64,000 nucleotides of DNA from Octopus vulgaris (lineage: Eukaryota). The notes below the pieces were generated by a model. That model was not told the DNA's origin. It ran no database searches and saw nothing but the letters and a program-made list of their open reading frames with translations. How positions within the stretch are numbered: position 1 is the stretch's first letter; every line of letters starts with the position of its first letter. The stretch is from the NCBI GenBank assembly GCA_951406725.2, contig OX597818.1:54932001-54996000 (forward strand). The letters run 5' to 3'. The translations under genes and the position numbers were made by a program. Positions 1 through 13,034 of the stretch are shown here, piece by piece.

Positions 1-12
1 ATTTGTGAAACC

Positions 13-149
13 ATGGTACTTATTCTATCTGTAACTCTTGCCGCACCGCTAGATTGCGGAGATGTAAATACTCCTACACTGGTTGTCAAGTGTAGGAAAC
101 ACACACACACACTAGTATGTGTGTATATATGTATGTGTGTATATGTATC

Positions 150-196
<47 letters not shown>

Positions 197-517
197 TACA
201 AAATTACAAAATGGAGAAACATACTTAAATCAATCAAACATCAACCATCAGATGATACCCAATCAATACTTTATTACACCATTACATAACAGCAAAGGCA
301 TTATACAAAATATATTGTAAATATAATTAGACAAGGAAATAGAAATATAAAATATAAAATATAATATATAATTACATCATATCTGACAGCTGTTTCGGCC
401 GTGAGGACAAGTATGCCTCATTTAACCTATAAGCCATATAAGGCAGGTATAAATGAGACATTAACAAGGATGTCCCACGGCCTCTTCAGAGAATTTAATT
501 TATTATAAGTATGAAAA

Positions 518-587
<70 letters not shown>

Positions 588-745
588 GGCGGACTTCTTT
601 CAGTTTCCGTCGACCAAATCTACTCATGGTTTTGGTCGGCCCAAGACCATAGTAGGAGACGCTTGACCAAGATGCCATGTTGTGCGACTGAACCCGGAAC
701 TATGTGGCTGGAAAGTAAACTTCTTACCACACAGCCACGCCTGGG
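13..745 (-). mobile_element. SINE family A copy (tRNA-like head, internal microsatellite, 3' tail), split by an insertion in its (TA)n
   Basis: Head at 587-745 and diverged tail at 13-110 match the reverse complement of the full copy at 3617-4035. Confidence 0.8.
381..493 (-). ncRNA. Type I hammerhead ribozyme with a very long stem II, inside a (TA)n-flanked insert (about 197-520)
   Basis: Minus strand reads UCU-CUGAAGA-GGCCGUG...(long hairpin)...CACGGCC-GAAAC-AGCU-GUC-AGA. All core residues are present and stem/loop III is palindromic (ACAGCUGU). Confidence 0.75.
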
Positions 746-944
746 CGAAAAAGGAAACTAACTACAGCAAGCTATAAAGACGGACATGTTGAGATGGGCT
801 TGATCGAGAGAATATTCCAGGAACCTGAGAATACAAGCAGCAACTCGTTTAAACCACGATCGACTTGACGTTGTTGTTTGGAACAACAAAAGACGGAAAG
901 TTCGCTTTACTTGGAATTCTCTTGATAATAACGTAAAGTATACT

Positions 945-1150
945 AGCCATCAGTATGGCTAATCACTTAGGGTGGGTGTTACTGTAGCTTTTAGCCCCAG
1001 GAGATCATCGTCTCCAGCTGGCTTTAGGCACACTATCTGTGCCCTTATGGTATTTGCGAAGGGAGGTCATCCCTTTCTCGTAAGCCTAAGTGATACGCAC
1101 GGACTGCAGTTTCGAGGTGTTTGCCTCTTGTCAACGCACGGTAATCACCG
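945..1150 (-). mobile_element. Family R hammerhead-bearing non-coding element, diverged copy
   Basis: Colinear similarity to 56330-56530. Hammerhead at 1096-1140: CGUGCG-UUGACAA-GAGG-CAAACA-CCUC-GAAAC-UGCA-GUC-CGUGCG. Confidence 0.8.
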
Positions 1151-1444
1151 GTTTACGATGAAAAGGAAGACCTGTTTGCAAATACTTATGGGTTTTTCTA
1201 GTAACTTCCGTCACTGGTTTCGAAAAACTGTCTGCAAGCCATAATAAATCTCTGAACGAGATGTTTCTGGATCATCGATGCCTGAAAGTCAAGTATTTAA
1301 AATATACATTCAGCTTTATGACCGTCATTTTGGGAGCGGTAGGATACGTACCAACCCGCCTGCTCTCAAAATATGGCCGATCCTGAAAAGATGGAGAGAT
1401 AACGTAGATCCGTAATTCTCACGCTTATAGAAATTAGAAGTGAC

Positions 1445-1762
1445 AGCATATAGCCTAGTGGTTAGAGCAACGGACTTGCGGTTGAAGGATCGCGGGTTCG
1501 AACATCAGACCGGGCGATGTGTGTGTTTATGAGCGAAATACCTATGCTCCATGCAGCTCCGGCAGAAGTTAATGGCGAACTTCTGCTGACTCTTTCGCCA
1601 CAACTTTCTCTCACTCTTTCCTCCTGCATCTAGCAGCTCACCTGCGACGGACCGGCGTCCTGTCCAGATGGGGAACCTATACACCAAGGAAACCGGGAAA
1701 CCGGCGGCCTTATGAGCTAGGCATGACTCGAGAAGGAACAAGCAACAATAACGACAACAACA
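1445..1762 (+). mobile_element. SINE family B with the alternative tail (CCTGCGACGGACCGGCGTCC..., ending in CAA repeats)
   Basis: A-box-like TAGTGGTTAGAGC and B-box GGTTCGAAC. Body shared with 4874-5254; tail shared with 47005-47310 and 61905-62190. Confidence 0.8.
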
Positions 1763-2265
1763 TACAGATTTGTAAGAACTTTTAAAATATAAAAAGTAAA
1801 GGATTGGGCAAAGAAAAACTGACGAATAAAACAGGAATCTATTTTGCTGAAAACAAAAATTGAAAAAAATGTTTTATTTATAATTCGCAGCCAAAGTGGA
1901 CGGTCAAAATATACTTTCAAACTCCTACACAAAAGAGAAAATTCATACATATTAACACACACACACACACACACACATAATATATATATTATAGAAATGT
2001 ATATATATATATATGTATATATATGTATATGATATTATATATGTATGTGAATATATGCATGTGTGCGCATGTGTCTGCTTGTGTGTATATGTATGTGTTT
2101 CTATACGAATGCACATAGATGCACGGTTCTAAACAGATTTTCGCACACTCCTACACACATATACAGGAAAGTAGGATTAACTTTGAGAATAATCAAAACA
2201 CAGAACCGACTCCCAAATCAGACGGTTTGCAAAAATCTTACTTCTCTGGTATGTGTACACACTCA

Positions 2266-2306
<41 letters not shown>

Positions 2307-2425
2307 CTACATACACAAACAATAAAACACACATACGTACGTATGGATCATTGTACATATGCATGTATGCATGTGTATATGTATGCATGTACATATATAT
2401 ATATATATATACATATATATGTATG

Positions 2426-2456
<31 letters not shown>

Positions 2457-2732
2457 ATATGTATATATATATATATATATGTATATATGCGTGTGTGTGT
2501 GTGTGTTTGTGTATATGTATATATATACGGCAATAAGAAAATGGAAGGGTTGAAGAGGTGGTATTCATCAACTTTTAGACGTTAAATTATGTCTATTTAT
2601 TTATTTATTTATTTAAAAAAAAACAATGATTACAACATACATATATGTATAACATTTTATGCTTTACATATATAAAAATACCAGTAATTATTAAAATATA
2701 TAACGTAGAACACGTTATATATTTTATTAATT

Positions 2733-3225
2733 CTCTTGGAGCTAATCACCGGCAGCATTCGTCCTCTTTTTCTGGACTGCCATGATAGCTTGACGATAAC
2801 TGTTAATACCTAGTACTGATGCTGTAGTCTCCTTTAGAGAGATTTAGAAATTATAATATTTTTAATTTTGAAAACAAGTGTATGTGTTCTACTGAATATA
2901 TTATCAGCCTTCCAACAGACAGTCAACAGCGACGCCTGTTGCGTTCGGCAATTCCAGATTCATAAGGGGCATATACCCCGAAACTAGTATGTGGATGCTT
3001 GGACCAGCATGGGGAAGCTGATGACCTACCCTGTTTGAAGGTTGTAATGGACACAGGTTTGTGTGTCACATAGCTAGCTAGATGCGATGGTCTCTTGGAG
3101 CTAATCAACGGCAGCATTCGTCATCTTTTTCTGGACTACCATGTTAGCTTGGCGATAACTATTAATGCCCAGTACTACTGCCATAGTCTTCTTTAGAGAG
3201 ATTTCGAAATAATAATATTTCTATT
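2733..3225 (+). mobile_element. Family R element, about 1.4 tandem units (direct repeats 2733-2860 and 3091-3220, period ~358 nt), with a hammerhead-like motif at 2954-2994
   Basis: TCTCTTGGAGCTAATCA...TTTAGAGAGATTT occurs twice. Between the copies lies CCAGA-UUCAUAA-GGGG-CAUAUA-CCCC-GAAAC-UA-GUA-UGUGG, followed by hairpins homologous to 56840-56930. Confidence 0.7.
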
Positions 3226-3482
3226 TATATTTGTTCCTAGTTTCAATAAGATCTCATGATGCATATAATATTAATTATTAAAAAGGTCTAAATTCGAGAC
3301 AAAGACTACGCGTAATTAGATAATGCCATTACTAGATGATATAACAAAATCTGCCCGGAAATATTGACTCCAAATTTATATAATTACGCTTAATTAAAAT
3401 CACTCAGAATTAATGAAAACAGAAAACTTGGATACGAGAAGTCTCAACACCGGGAGCGGGTTTATAGTAATTATGTAAGATT

Positions 3483-3507
3483 TTAGGTTAGGGTTAGGGT
3501 TAGGGCT
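3483..3507 (+). repeat. Short interstitial (TTAGGG)n tract
   Basis: TTAGGTTAGGGTTAGGGTTAGGGCTA. Confidence 0.8.
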
Positions 3508-3616
3508 ACGTTACCCTTGTAAGGAAATGGCGAGGGAGATATTAGTATTCTTGTAAGACAATATGAACACTGTGGGAGGATGTCCTTAAGCTGATGAAAG
3601 AAATTAGTCATTAAAT

Positions 3617-4035
3617 GCACAGGAGTGGCTGTGTGGTAAGTAGCTTGCTTACCAACCACATGGTTCCGGGTTCAGTCCCACTGCGTGGCACCTTGGGCAA
3701 GTATATTCTACTATAGCCTCGGGCCGACTAAAGCCTTGTGAGTGGATTTGGTAGATGGAAACTGAAAGAAGCCCATCGTATATATGTATGTATATATATA
3801 AGGGTGTGTGTATATGTTTGTGCGTCTGTGTTTGTCCCCCTAGCATTGCTTGACAACCGATGCTGGTGTGCTTACGTCCCCGACACTTAGCGGTTCGGCA
3901 AAAGAGACCGATCGAATAAGTACTGGGCTTACAAAGAATAAGTTCCGGGGTCGATTTGCTCGACTAAAGATGGTGCTCCAGCATGGCCGCAGTCAAATGA
4001 CTGAAACAAGTAAAAGAGTAAAAGAGAGTAAAGAG
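3617..4035 (+). mobile_element. SINE family A, full-length reference copy
   Basis: tRNA-like head (TGGCTGTGTGGTAAG ... GGTTCAGTCCC), CCTTGGGCAAG core-like segment, internal (TA)/(TG) microsatellite, tail ending in GTAAAAGA repeats. More than 15 related pieces occur in the window. Confidence 0.9.
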
Positions 4036-4447
4036 AATAAAACAATACTGCATTCCAACGTTGAATTGTTGGATATAATGTCTTGCGGCATTTGTTCCGA
4101 TTCGCTGCACTCTGAGTTCGTATCCTGCCAAGGTCGCCTTATGACTTTCTTTTCTTCAAGGTCGATAAATAAAGTACTTGTAAGTACTATGAGAAAAATT
4201 CTAATTCTCCTCTCTCTACCCCTCTCCCCCTCTCTCTCTCTTTCTCTATGTTTCTTTCAATATCTCACTTTCGTTTCTCGGGGTCGGCTACGTTTCTCCG
4301 TGAGAAGATGCAAGGAAGACTGCTCACACAATTGGGGTTTGTTTTTCACCGGAAATTAAAGACCTGAAGTAGAATGGAACAAGCGATAAACAATTTTTTC
4401 TCATAGAAAATTTACAGATATTTATATATAGACACATACACACAAGC

Positions 4448-4537
<90 letters not shown>

Positions 4538-4873
4538 GTGTGTATATGTATGTATATATATGTGTTTTTGTTAAAGGAATTAAGAGTATTATCGCGTAAA
4601 ACATTACTAATCAACCGATTAAAGTTGTTGTCGAAATAATTTGCAGCGTTTGTTAAGGCTCTTCACGTTTTGATTTCAAATCCTACTGATGTTTGATCGG
4701 CATTTTTTTTTCTTTCCAAGTACTATGATTAAAAGACCATCCTGTCCTTTTTTTCGCAGTATGTTCTTATGATGATACAGCATGACTCGAATGGTATTTA
4801 GCTACTAACTTCCATAGATCGAATGATTCTATAGTGGCTGCTTCCTTGACTCGATGTTTACACAAGGTCACAT

Positions 4874-5254
4874 GGAGGCGCAATGGCCCAGTGGTTAGGG
4901 CAGCGGACATGCGGTCATAGGATCGCGGTTTCGATTCCCAGACCAGGCGTTGTGAGTGTTTATTGAGCGAAAACACCTAAAGCTCCACGAGGCTCCGGCA
5001 GGGATGGTGGTGATCCCTGCTGTACTCTTTCACCACAACTCTCTCTCACTCTTACTTCCTGTTTCTGTTGTACCTATATTTCAAAGGACCGGCCTTGTCA
5101 CTCTCTGTGTCACGCTGAATATCCCCGAGAACTACGTTAAGGGTACACGTGTCTGTGGAGTGCTCAGCCACTTACACGTTAATTTCACGAGCAGGCTGTT
5201 CCGTTGATCGGATCAACCGGAACCCTCGTCGTCGTAACCGACGGAGTGCTTCCA
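4874..5254 (+). mobile_element. SINE family B, full length, with target-site duplication
   Basis: Head TGGCCCAGTGGTTAGG ... GTTTCGATTCCC. TSD CACAAGGTCACAT (4861-4873) / CACAAGATCACAT (5255-5267). Near-identical to 40442-40825. Confidence 0.9.
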
Positions 5255-5372
5255 CACAAGATCACATATATACGTGAACAGGAACGTCAGCCGTGTCTTT
5301 CTACAAAGCATTGGTAAAGCTAGACAAGACTGTTTCTTTGTTGCTCTCTGACACTTGCTAATATTTTCGGTT

Positions 5373-6010
5373 AAGGCGGAGAGTTGACAGAATCGTTAGG
5401 ACGCCGAGAAAAATACTTAGCGGCATTTCGTCTGTCTTTACGTTTTGAGTTCAAATACCTATTTCTTTACTACCCACAAGGGTCTACACACAGAGGGGAC
5501 AAACAAGGACAGGCATACGGATTAAGTCGACTATATCGACCCCAGTATGTAACTGGTCCTTAATTTATCGACCCCGAAAGGATGAAAGGCAAAGTCGACC
5601 TCGGCGGAATTTGAACTCAGAACGTAGAGATAGACGAAATACCTATTTCTTTATTACTCACAAGGGGCTAAACATAGAGGGGACAAACAAGGACAGGCAT
5701 ACGGATTAAGTCGATTATATCGACCCTAGTACGTAACCGGTTCTTATTTAATCGACCCCGAAAGGATGAAAGGCAAAGTCGACCTCGGCGGAATTTGAAC
5801 TCAGAACGTAGAGATAGACGAAATACCGCTAAGCATTTCGCCCGGCGGTATTTCGCCTGTCTCTACGTTCTGAGTTCAAATACCGCCGAGATCGACTTTG
5901 ACTTTCATCCTGTTGGGGTCGATAAATTAAGTACCAACTGAGCACTGGGATCGATGTAATCGACTCACGCCCTCCCCGAAACTGCTGGGGCTATGTCAAA
6001 ATTTGAAACA
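5373..6010. mobile_element. SINE family C composite: a minus-strand tandem dimer (5460-5846) inserted in a plus-strand copy
   Basis: The plus-strand head breaks at TTCAAATACC (5459) and resumes at ~5847 with ~38 bp duplicated. Two 184-bp reverse units lie between. Confidence 0.85.
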
Positions 6011-7207
6011 AATAATTTCCACCTGTTAGTGCTTAGTCCTTTCTCATGATCAAAAACATTCCACAAACGACCATCCAATCTCATTCTATCATTTTAGCCA
6101 TTATCCAATGTATCAGTTTCTTTCTGTAATGACAGGCGGTGATTTAACTTCAAATTTGGCACTAGAGGCCATTCAGTTAGATTTAGATTACTTTGTTTGC
6201 CTTTGATAAGATCGATAGCACACCTTATTTTCAATATATTTGAGGGAGAAACGCACTGTGATATCCCTGCCTTTACAAAGAGCATCATTAGCGGAAGTGA
6301 CGTAATCGATTTTGAACCCTTAATTGTTGTCGAAACCTTATCCTTCCTTTATGACACGATTCTCTCTTTTCTCTTGCATTTAAAATAAAATTTTATTGAA
6401 GTTAATGCGATCATCAGTTTCTTTCAGGTAATTAAATTTATCTTTTGAGGTGAAAAAGTGTTTTTATATTTACTTCTATCTTATGATTCGAAAGTTTTCG
6501 ATTTTCGATCGTCACGAGGTGATCTATTCGTGGATATGTACGTGTTACCGAACTAAATTCGAACACAGAACCTCTGTTTCTGAACAAATGGAAAAACGCT
6601 GTTATTCACCATGCCACACTGACACACGTACATTTCATTTAAGTGAGTTTTTTTCTCTTTTTTTCTATTTTATTTTTATTTTCTCTTCTCTTTCACAGTC
6701 GGCAATTTCAGTCTGTGTTAATCAACAACTGATAATCTAATAAACTGGGGTTATCTTTTGGATTATAAAATAAATTAAGCAAGAAAAGGAGGAAGAACAG
6801 AAAGAATAAAAAAAAACAAGACTAACTAGATAAAAAACGGAGGAAACAAAAACAAAAATGAACCTAAAAATACTTTAAAAACCCTTTCTTAAATGAAAGG
6901 GTTTAATAAAATTAGCAGAGCTTGTGAAACATGGGTGTCGAACAAATGAACGTTATTGTTAAAATGCAAATGCGATTTCCTGTCAACTTTGGGCAGGCGA
7001 AAGTAGGTAAAATTATGATTTCCGGTCATTGTGGCGACTAAATGCATCATGGGTAATTGATTATGTCAATGAAGTGTGATGTATCAGTTCACAGGTGCAA
7101 CCCCGCCTGACACGGAATGCATTGTTCGTAAGCAACTAACATAACAGATGGAGACATGTGCTCGGTTTGTTTCGGGGAAACAAGTGGATCACTTGTAAAC
7201 AGATTGC

Positions 7208-7293
<86 letters not shown>

Positions 7294-7297
7294 AATA

Positions 7298-7339
<42 letters not shown>

Positions 7340-7358
7340 CATATATATATATATATAT

Positions 7359-7428
<70 letters not shown>
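7208..7428. repeat. (ATCT)n plus (AT)n compound microsatellite
   Basis: Read directly from the sequence; accounts for the IYLS/IY ORFs. Confidence 0.95.
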
Positions 7429-7432
<4 letters not shown>

Positions 7433-7675
7433 GTAGGGAATATAATTCCAAAACTTACAGGGAAAAAGGGAAAAATTCAATTTAGCAATTTTAAATCAAA
7501 TTTCACAATATAAAATATAATGAAAGATGTAGAAAACATACTGTAAAAATTACTACTATTTACTATTTATTGTACTTTATTGATCTTTAGAATACGGTTT
7601 TTTATAGTATATGTTTTCTATATGGTATGAATACCATCTTTATTGAATTATTTAATAGATGGTTTTTCTCTAAAT

Positions 7676-7739
<64 letters not shown>

Positions 7740-7865
7740 GGAATCCTGCAGCAGATATATATATATATATATATATACATACATACATTCATTCATACAT
7801 ACATACATACATACATACATACATACATACATACATACATACATACATACATACATACATGTATA

Positions 7866-8083
7866 CGATGGGGGTGCTGTAAAGTTTCTGGGTTTAAGGG
7901 TGTTGCGAAAGTCCTGGCTGGAGGCCCAACCTTCTTAGTTCTTTTACAGTGCTCAGAAAAACTGAGGGACCGTTACAATAAGTGTGTGTATCTGAGAGGT
8001 CAAGACATGGAATAAATTCATAATTAACTGATCCTCCTGTATTTTCTTTTACACAAAGCCAGGAACTTTTCATCACCCTCTCG
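7866..8083 (+). mobile_element. Mariner-derived MITE
   Basis: Imperfect TIRs CGATGGGGGTGCTGTAAAGTTTCTGG / CCAGGAACTTTTCATCACCCTCTCG with TA on both sides. The interior translates as [18 protein letters not shown], resembling a mariner transposase C-terminus. Confidence 0.7.
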
Positions 8084-8123
8084 TATAAATGTATCTATAT
8101 GCACACAAGCACACACACACACA

Positions 8124-8170
<47 letters not shown>

Positions 8171-8537
8171 ACACATGTACTACTGCTTATGATCCCTGTC
8201 TTCGCTCCAACGAGTATTAAGGTTCAAAGAGCTGTAGTGTCCTTTTTGCTCTTAATCTTTCCGTCTAGCTTATAAGCAACATAGAATCTGTCTTCTTGGT
8301 TTATTGGCTTTGGACTGATTCGGATCCAGCAGTTATTTTGGATCTTTACCTTTTGACCAACAGATTTAAAAAATAATTTTTTGTAACTAAACACTTTGAA
8401 ACTTCGTATACTGGTAGAATGTGTCACATAAAACATCTTTTACTCTTAACATTTTTGAGAAAATTCTGTATTTTTGAAGTTATTTTTTGTCAAAGTTGTC
8501 GTATTTCGGTCATTTCTACCAATCAATGACGTGTATT

Positions 8538-9019
8538 CAGCTGAATAAAATTACTGCTGTTGTTTATCAACAACAACTTCCGGCGGTATATATGTCATTT
8601 GTCACTGTTATTTATGACATATTTCATCTCAGTTTCGTTCGTATGAATAATCGAGTGTATCTGAGGCATGTTTATTTTATGGCACCACCATACCATAATC
8701 GTTCGTGCTTCATTTTTCTTTTTTTTTTTCCGTAACTCTAACCTTAAAACCCCAACCCTAACCCTAAAACCTTAACCCTAACCCTAAACCTAACTCTAAA
8801 ACCCTAACCCTAAAACCAAGCCCTAATCCTAGAAACCTGTCCCTAAAACACTAACATTATCCATAACCCTAAACCCTTAAACCTAACACCCTAACCCTAA
8901 ACCCTTAAAGCTAAAACCAGTACAAACGCACGAACGATGTCAGAAATAACAGCGACAAACAAAAAATACACCGTCGATAGTTGTTGTTGACAAACAACAG
9001 CAGTAATTTTATTCAGCTG
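8538..9019. mobile_element. Foldback/MITE-like element with ~90-bp inverted arms enclosing a degenerate (CCCTAA)n array (8733-8917)
   Basis: CAGCTGAATAAAATTACTGCTGTTGTTTATCAACAACAAC matches the reverse complement of GTTGTTGTTGACAAACAACAGCAGTAATTTTATTCAGCTG. Inner inverted pair ATCGTTCGTGC / GCACGAACGAT. Confidence 0.7.
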
Positions 9020-9489
9020 TATTTGTGTGTATGTTTGTATTTACGTAGATATACATGTAATTTTAGTTGTGCGGTTTTATACATGTGTTCGTTTCGCAAG
9101 CTAAACGAAGTATCTAACCTTCTTTAGATACTTTTCGAATGCCATCATTTCACACCCTACTCCTATCTATTTCTTATATTTCCCTCTCTAATTTTCTGTT
9201 TCTCTTTCGTGTATTTCTTTTTTCTTCCTTTCCACGGTCTTCTCCCCCCCCCCACGCAAACACTTTTTATTCTCTGGTTTTTTCCTTCTCTTTCTTTCGC
9301 CTGTAACAACTAACTTGTATAAGCATAAGCCAGGATATTTTGTGCGCGTGAGCCTGTGTGCGTGCATACATATATGTGCATTTGCACATATATATGTCTT
9401 GCCTATATATGTCTGTATATGTATGTAGCCATGTTCCTGCATCTGTATGTTTAGTGTATATACGTATATTATAGAACGTTTGGTATCTC

Positions 9490-9850
9490 TCTCTTTTACT
9501 CTTTTACTTGTTTCAGTCATTTGAGTGCGGCCATGCTGGAGCACCGCCTTTAATCGAGCAACTCGACCCCGGGACTTATTCTTTTGTAAGCCCAGTACTT
9601 ATTCTATCGGTCTCTTTTGCCGAACCGCTAAGTAACGGGGACGCAAGCACACCAGCATCGGTTGTCAAGCAATGTTGGGGGGACTCACACACACATATAT
9701 ATACATACATATATACGACAGGCTTCTTTCAGTTTCTATCTACCAAATCCACTCACAAGGCTTTGGTCGGCCCGAGGCTATAGTTCAGTGGGACTGAACC
9801 TGGAACCATGTGGTTGGTAAGCAAGGTACTTACCACACAGCTACTCCTAT
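9490..9850 (-). mobile_element. SINE family A, near full length with an internal deletion
   Basis: Reverse complement of 3617-4035. Confidence 0.9.
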
Positions 9851-10497
9851 TGCTGCATGTATACGTAATCTAAGCGTGAAAAATTTTTAAACGGATATAT
9901 ATTTTAAGTTATTAATTCATTAATATTTTACAGCTAATTATTTACCCTGGGTATTCAGGCCTTTTCCTTCTTTATAAGCTATTTTTGATTTAAGGTTCTC
10001 TTCGATTTTTATAATAAAATGATTTTAAACCGCAATTTGTTATTGCATGCAACAAGTTATTGAAAAGACCGTTAACTGAAAGGACCAATGAAACAAAACC
10101 ATTTTCAAATATGTTTCTATCAAAGTAATTGTATATTTATGCATATAACCTTATTTTGATTCCATTTTAAACAAAACTGTCCGTCGAACGGGAACGTGAA
10201 AATCTGAGTAACAGTTTTTGTAATATTTTTGCTGCTTTTTAATAAAGTATATATATATGTTGTGTATATGTATATACACTGCCGTATGCACACGTGTTTG
10301 ATCATGTGTATCCTAAAGACTCTACGTTGCTGATTATTCTTTTCGATAAATCTTGTGTTTTGATCTCGTCACCATTACGTAGGCGCGTGCAGGATGTACT
10401 GAGGCGTACATCCATACCACTAATTGCTGAAAAAGACGATGTAAAATAGGGAGCGAGAGAGAGAGAGAGGTTGGGTTATAAAGGGCTTTTTTCTAAC

Positions 10498-10529
<32 letters not shown>

Positions 10530-10536
10530 GTATGTG

Positions 10537-10965
<429 letters not shown>

Positions 10966-11672
10966 TATATATATATATATATACATATATGTATGTGTGT
11001 GTGTGTATGTATATATGTATGTATATTTCCTCCGATCGTATCCTTTCTCTTCCAAAATTTACTTCCTCATCCTTTCCCCCCTCTATTCTCCATCTACTCG
11101 CGACTATTTCACTATTAATCTCTTTAACGTCCTCTAACGGATATTACACTTTCTCTGAGGAGCCCTAAACAGCTTTAACCAGTTCAGTGTTTATCGCTCG
11201 TGGTTCCGCATCTCCCCCGCTGCCGCCGCCGCCGACGCTGCCTTCGCCGCTGAAATCAAAGTCTTTGTTTTCCATTTCTCCTGCATCTGCACATTTTAGT
11301 TTGAAAAAGAAAACGAGTTTTGGAAAAAAAAATGTCGCCTTCCACTCAAAATTTTACTCCCCCCACCACCCATTTATTTCGTATGTTTAACTATAATTTT
11401 AAGCAGACGACCCCTTTCTCTCAGTTTAACTCTCGTCTATTGAGTTGATTAGAAATTATCATTACAATTATGCAAATTCTTTTAAAGTTTCACTTGTTTC
11501 AGTCATTAGACTGCGGCCTTGCTAGGGCAACGCTTTGAAGAATTTTTTAGACGAATGAACTGACCTCGATGCTTATTCTATCCATCTCATTTTGCGAAAC
11601 ACTAGTTGACGGGGATGTAAGCAACCCAACATCGGTTGGTAAGCAATGGTGGGAGAGAAACACACACACACG

Positions 11673-11724
<52 letters not shown>

Positions 11725-11726
<2 letters not shown>

Positions 11727-12251
11727 CCTCATTTTACGAGGGCCGGTTTTACGAGGCCCTGGGTTCACGTGTTTTAATTTTCAACTCACTTTTGTATGGT
11801 GAGCTGACATGTTTAAAGCACACGATCCAAATTTTGAACGAAGTGCAAAAGTTTCTATATCCATTGCAAATGCTTCTGCATTTTACCGAGAAATTTATAG
11901 AGAGCGGGAAAATAGCTTCTTCTAAGTAAACAACTCTATACTTGTTGTTTTAAAAGAAATCTACTGGTCCATCTACAAGTGCTTGTGAATCGGTGATCTT
12001 GTCTACATGTGATGGTGTGCGTGAATCTACTGCAAGTAAAAGTGATTCAGAAAATGATTATAATAATAATGATATTTTTTTATTATAATTAAGCTTGACA
12101 TTCTTTTTAATTTACATATATTCTTTACATTCTAATATTGTTTTATTGCCATTTATTTACGAGTATTATAAATTTCATAGGGGAACGAATTACGATTTAT
12201 AACATTGTTACTATGGGGAATTATTGTTCTGGTATATCGAGACATTACTGT
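11725..12251. mobile_element. Probable pogo/Tigger-like non-autonomous DNA element
   Basis: Right end CGAGACATTACTG-TA with a subterminal CTATGGGGA motif; the left end is eroded into (TA)n. Confidence 0.4.
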
Positions 12252-13034
12252 ATATATATCAATATATATATATATATATAAATTTAGACAGCGTTGAAGA
12301 GTTCTCAATCAAAAGTTGCTGATAAATGAGAAAATAAAGCTCCTAAGATATTCGTACTTGTTCTCATGCCAATTGACTGAAACCATAAGTGAGTGAAATA
12401 TCAAGTGAAATATACGACGGGCTTCTTTCAGTTTAGTGAAAGACAATTGCTCAAGGTGCCATGCAGTGGGACCCAACCCGGAACCATGTGTTTTGGAAGC
12501 AAACTTCGTTCCGCGTGCCACGCCTGCATTTAATTGTTTAGAAACATAAATGATTTTAAAATGTTCCATTTTCAAAAAAAAAAATTCTTTGGGGCATCTC
12601 AAACTCTTGGTCACCAGAATTCCTTTGTCACTGGTTTTTCTGATTCAAAGTTCTCAATGATGAAGCGTGTATGCGGTCACTCATCCTGTTAGAAAAAGCA
12701 GACAATTCTTCCTCATATTATATACCTTGTCGTGTTAAGAGGGGAGAGAAACATTAGATAACCCAGTCCGGAGTTACTGTCTGTGTCTAAAAAAATACGG
12801 TTTATTTCATGTCTCTCGAAGTTTCTAAATTCTTATTACACACACACACACACACATGCTCAGTGATGGCTGAAACTTCGAAGTCACTGTTAATTCTATT
12901 CCTGTTCCTTTTCCGTTAAAGAATGATAAATTTGTACTCTACAAAAATATGGAGTAATAATTCAAATTAATGTAAAATGTTTTTGTTATAACAGAACATA
13001 AAAGCAAACAGTTATACACACACACACACATATA

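Noticed and set aside
4874-4945. tRNA genes at SINE heads
   Set aside because: A/B boxes are present, but each continues into a SINE body with a TSD and no convincing complete cloverleaf.
6150-6210. miR-96-like sequence TTTGGCACTAG
   Set aside because: Only the first 11 nt resemble miR-96, and the flanking sequence pairs too poorly for a pre-miRNA.
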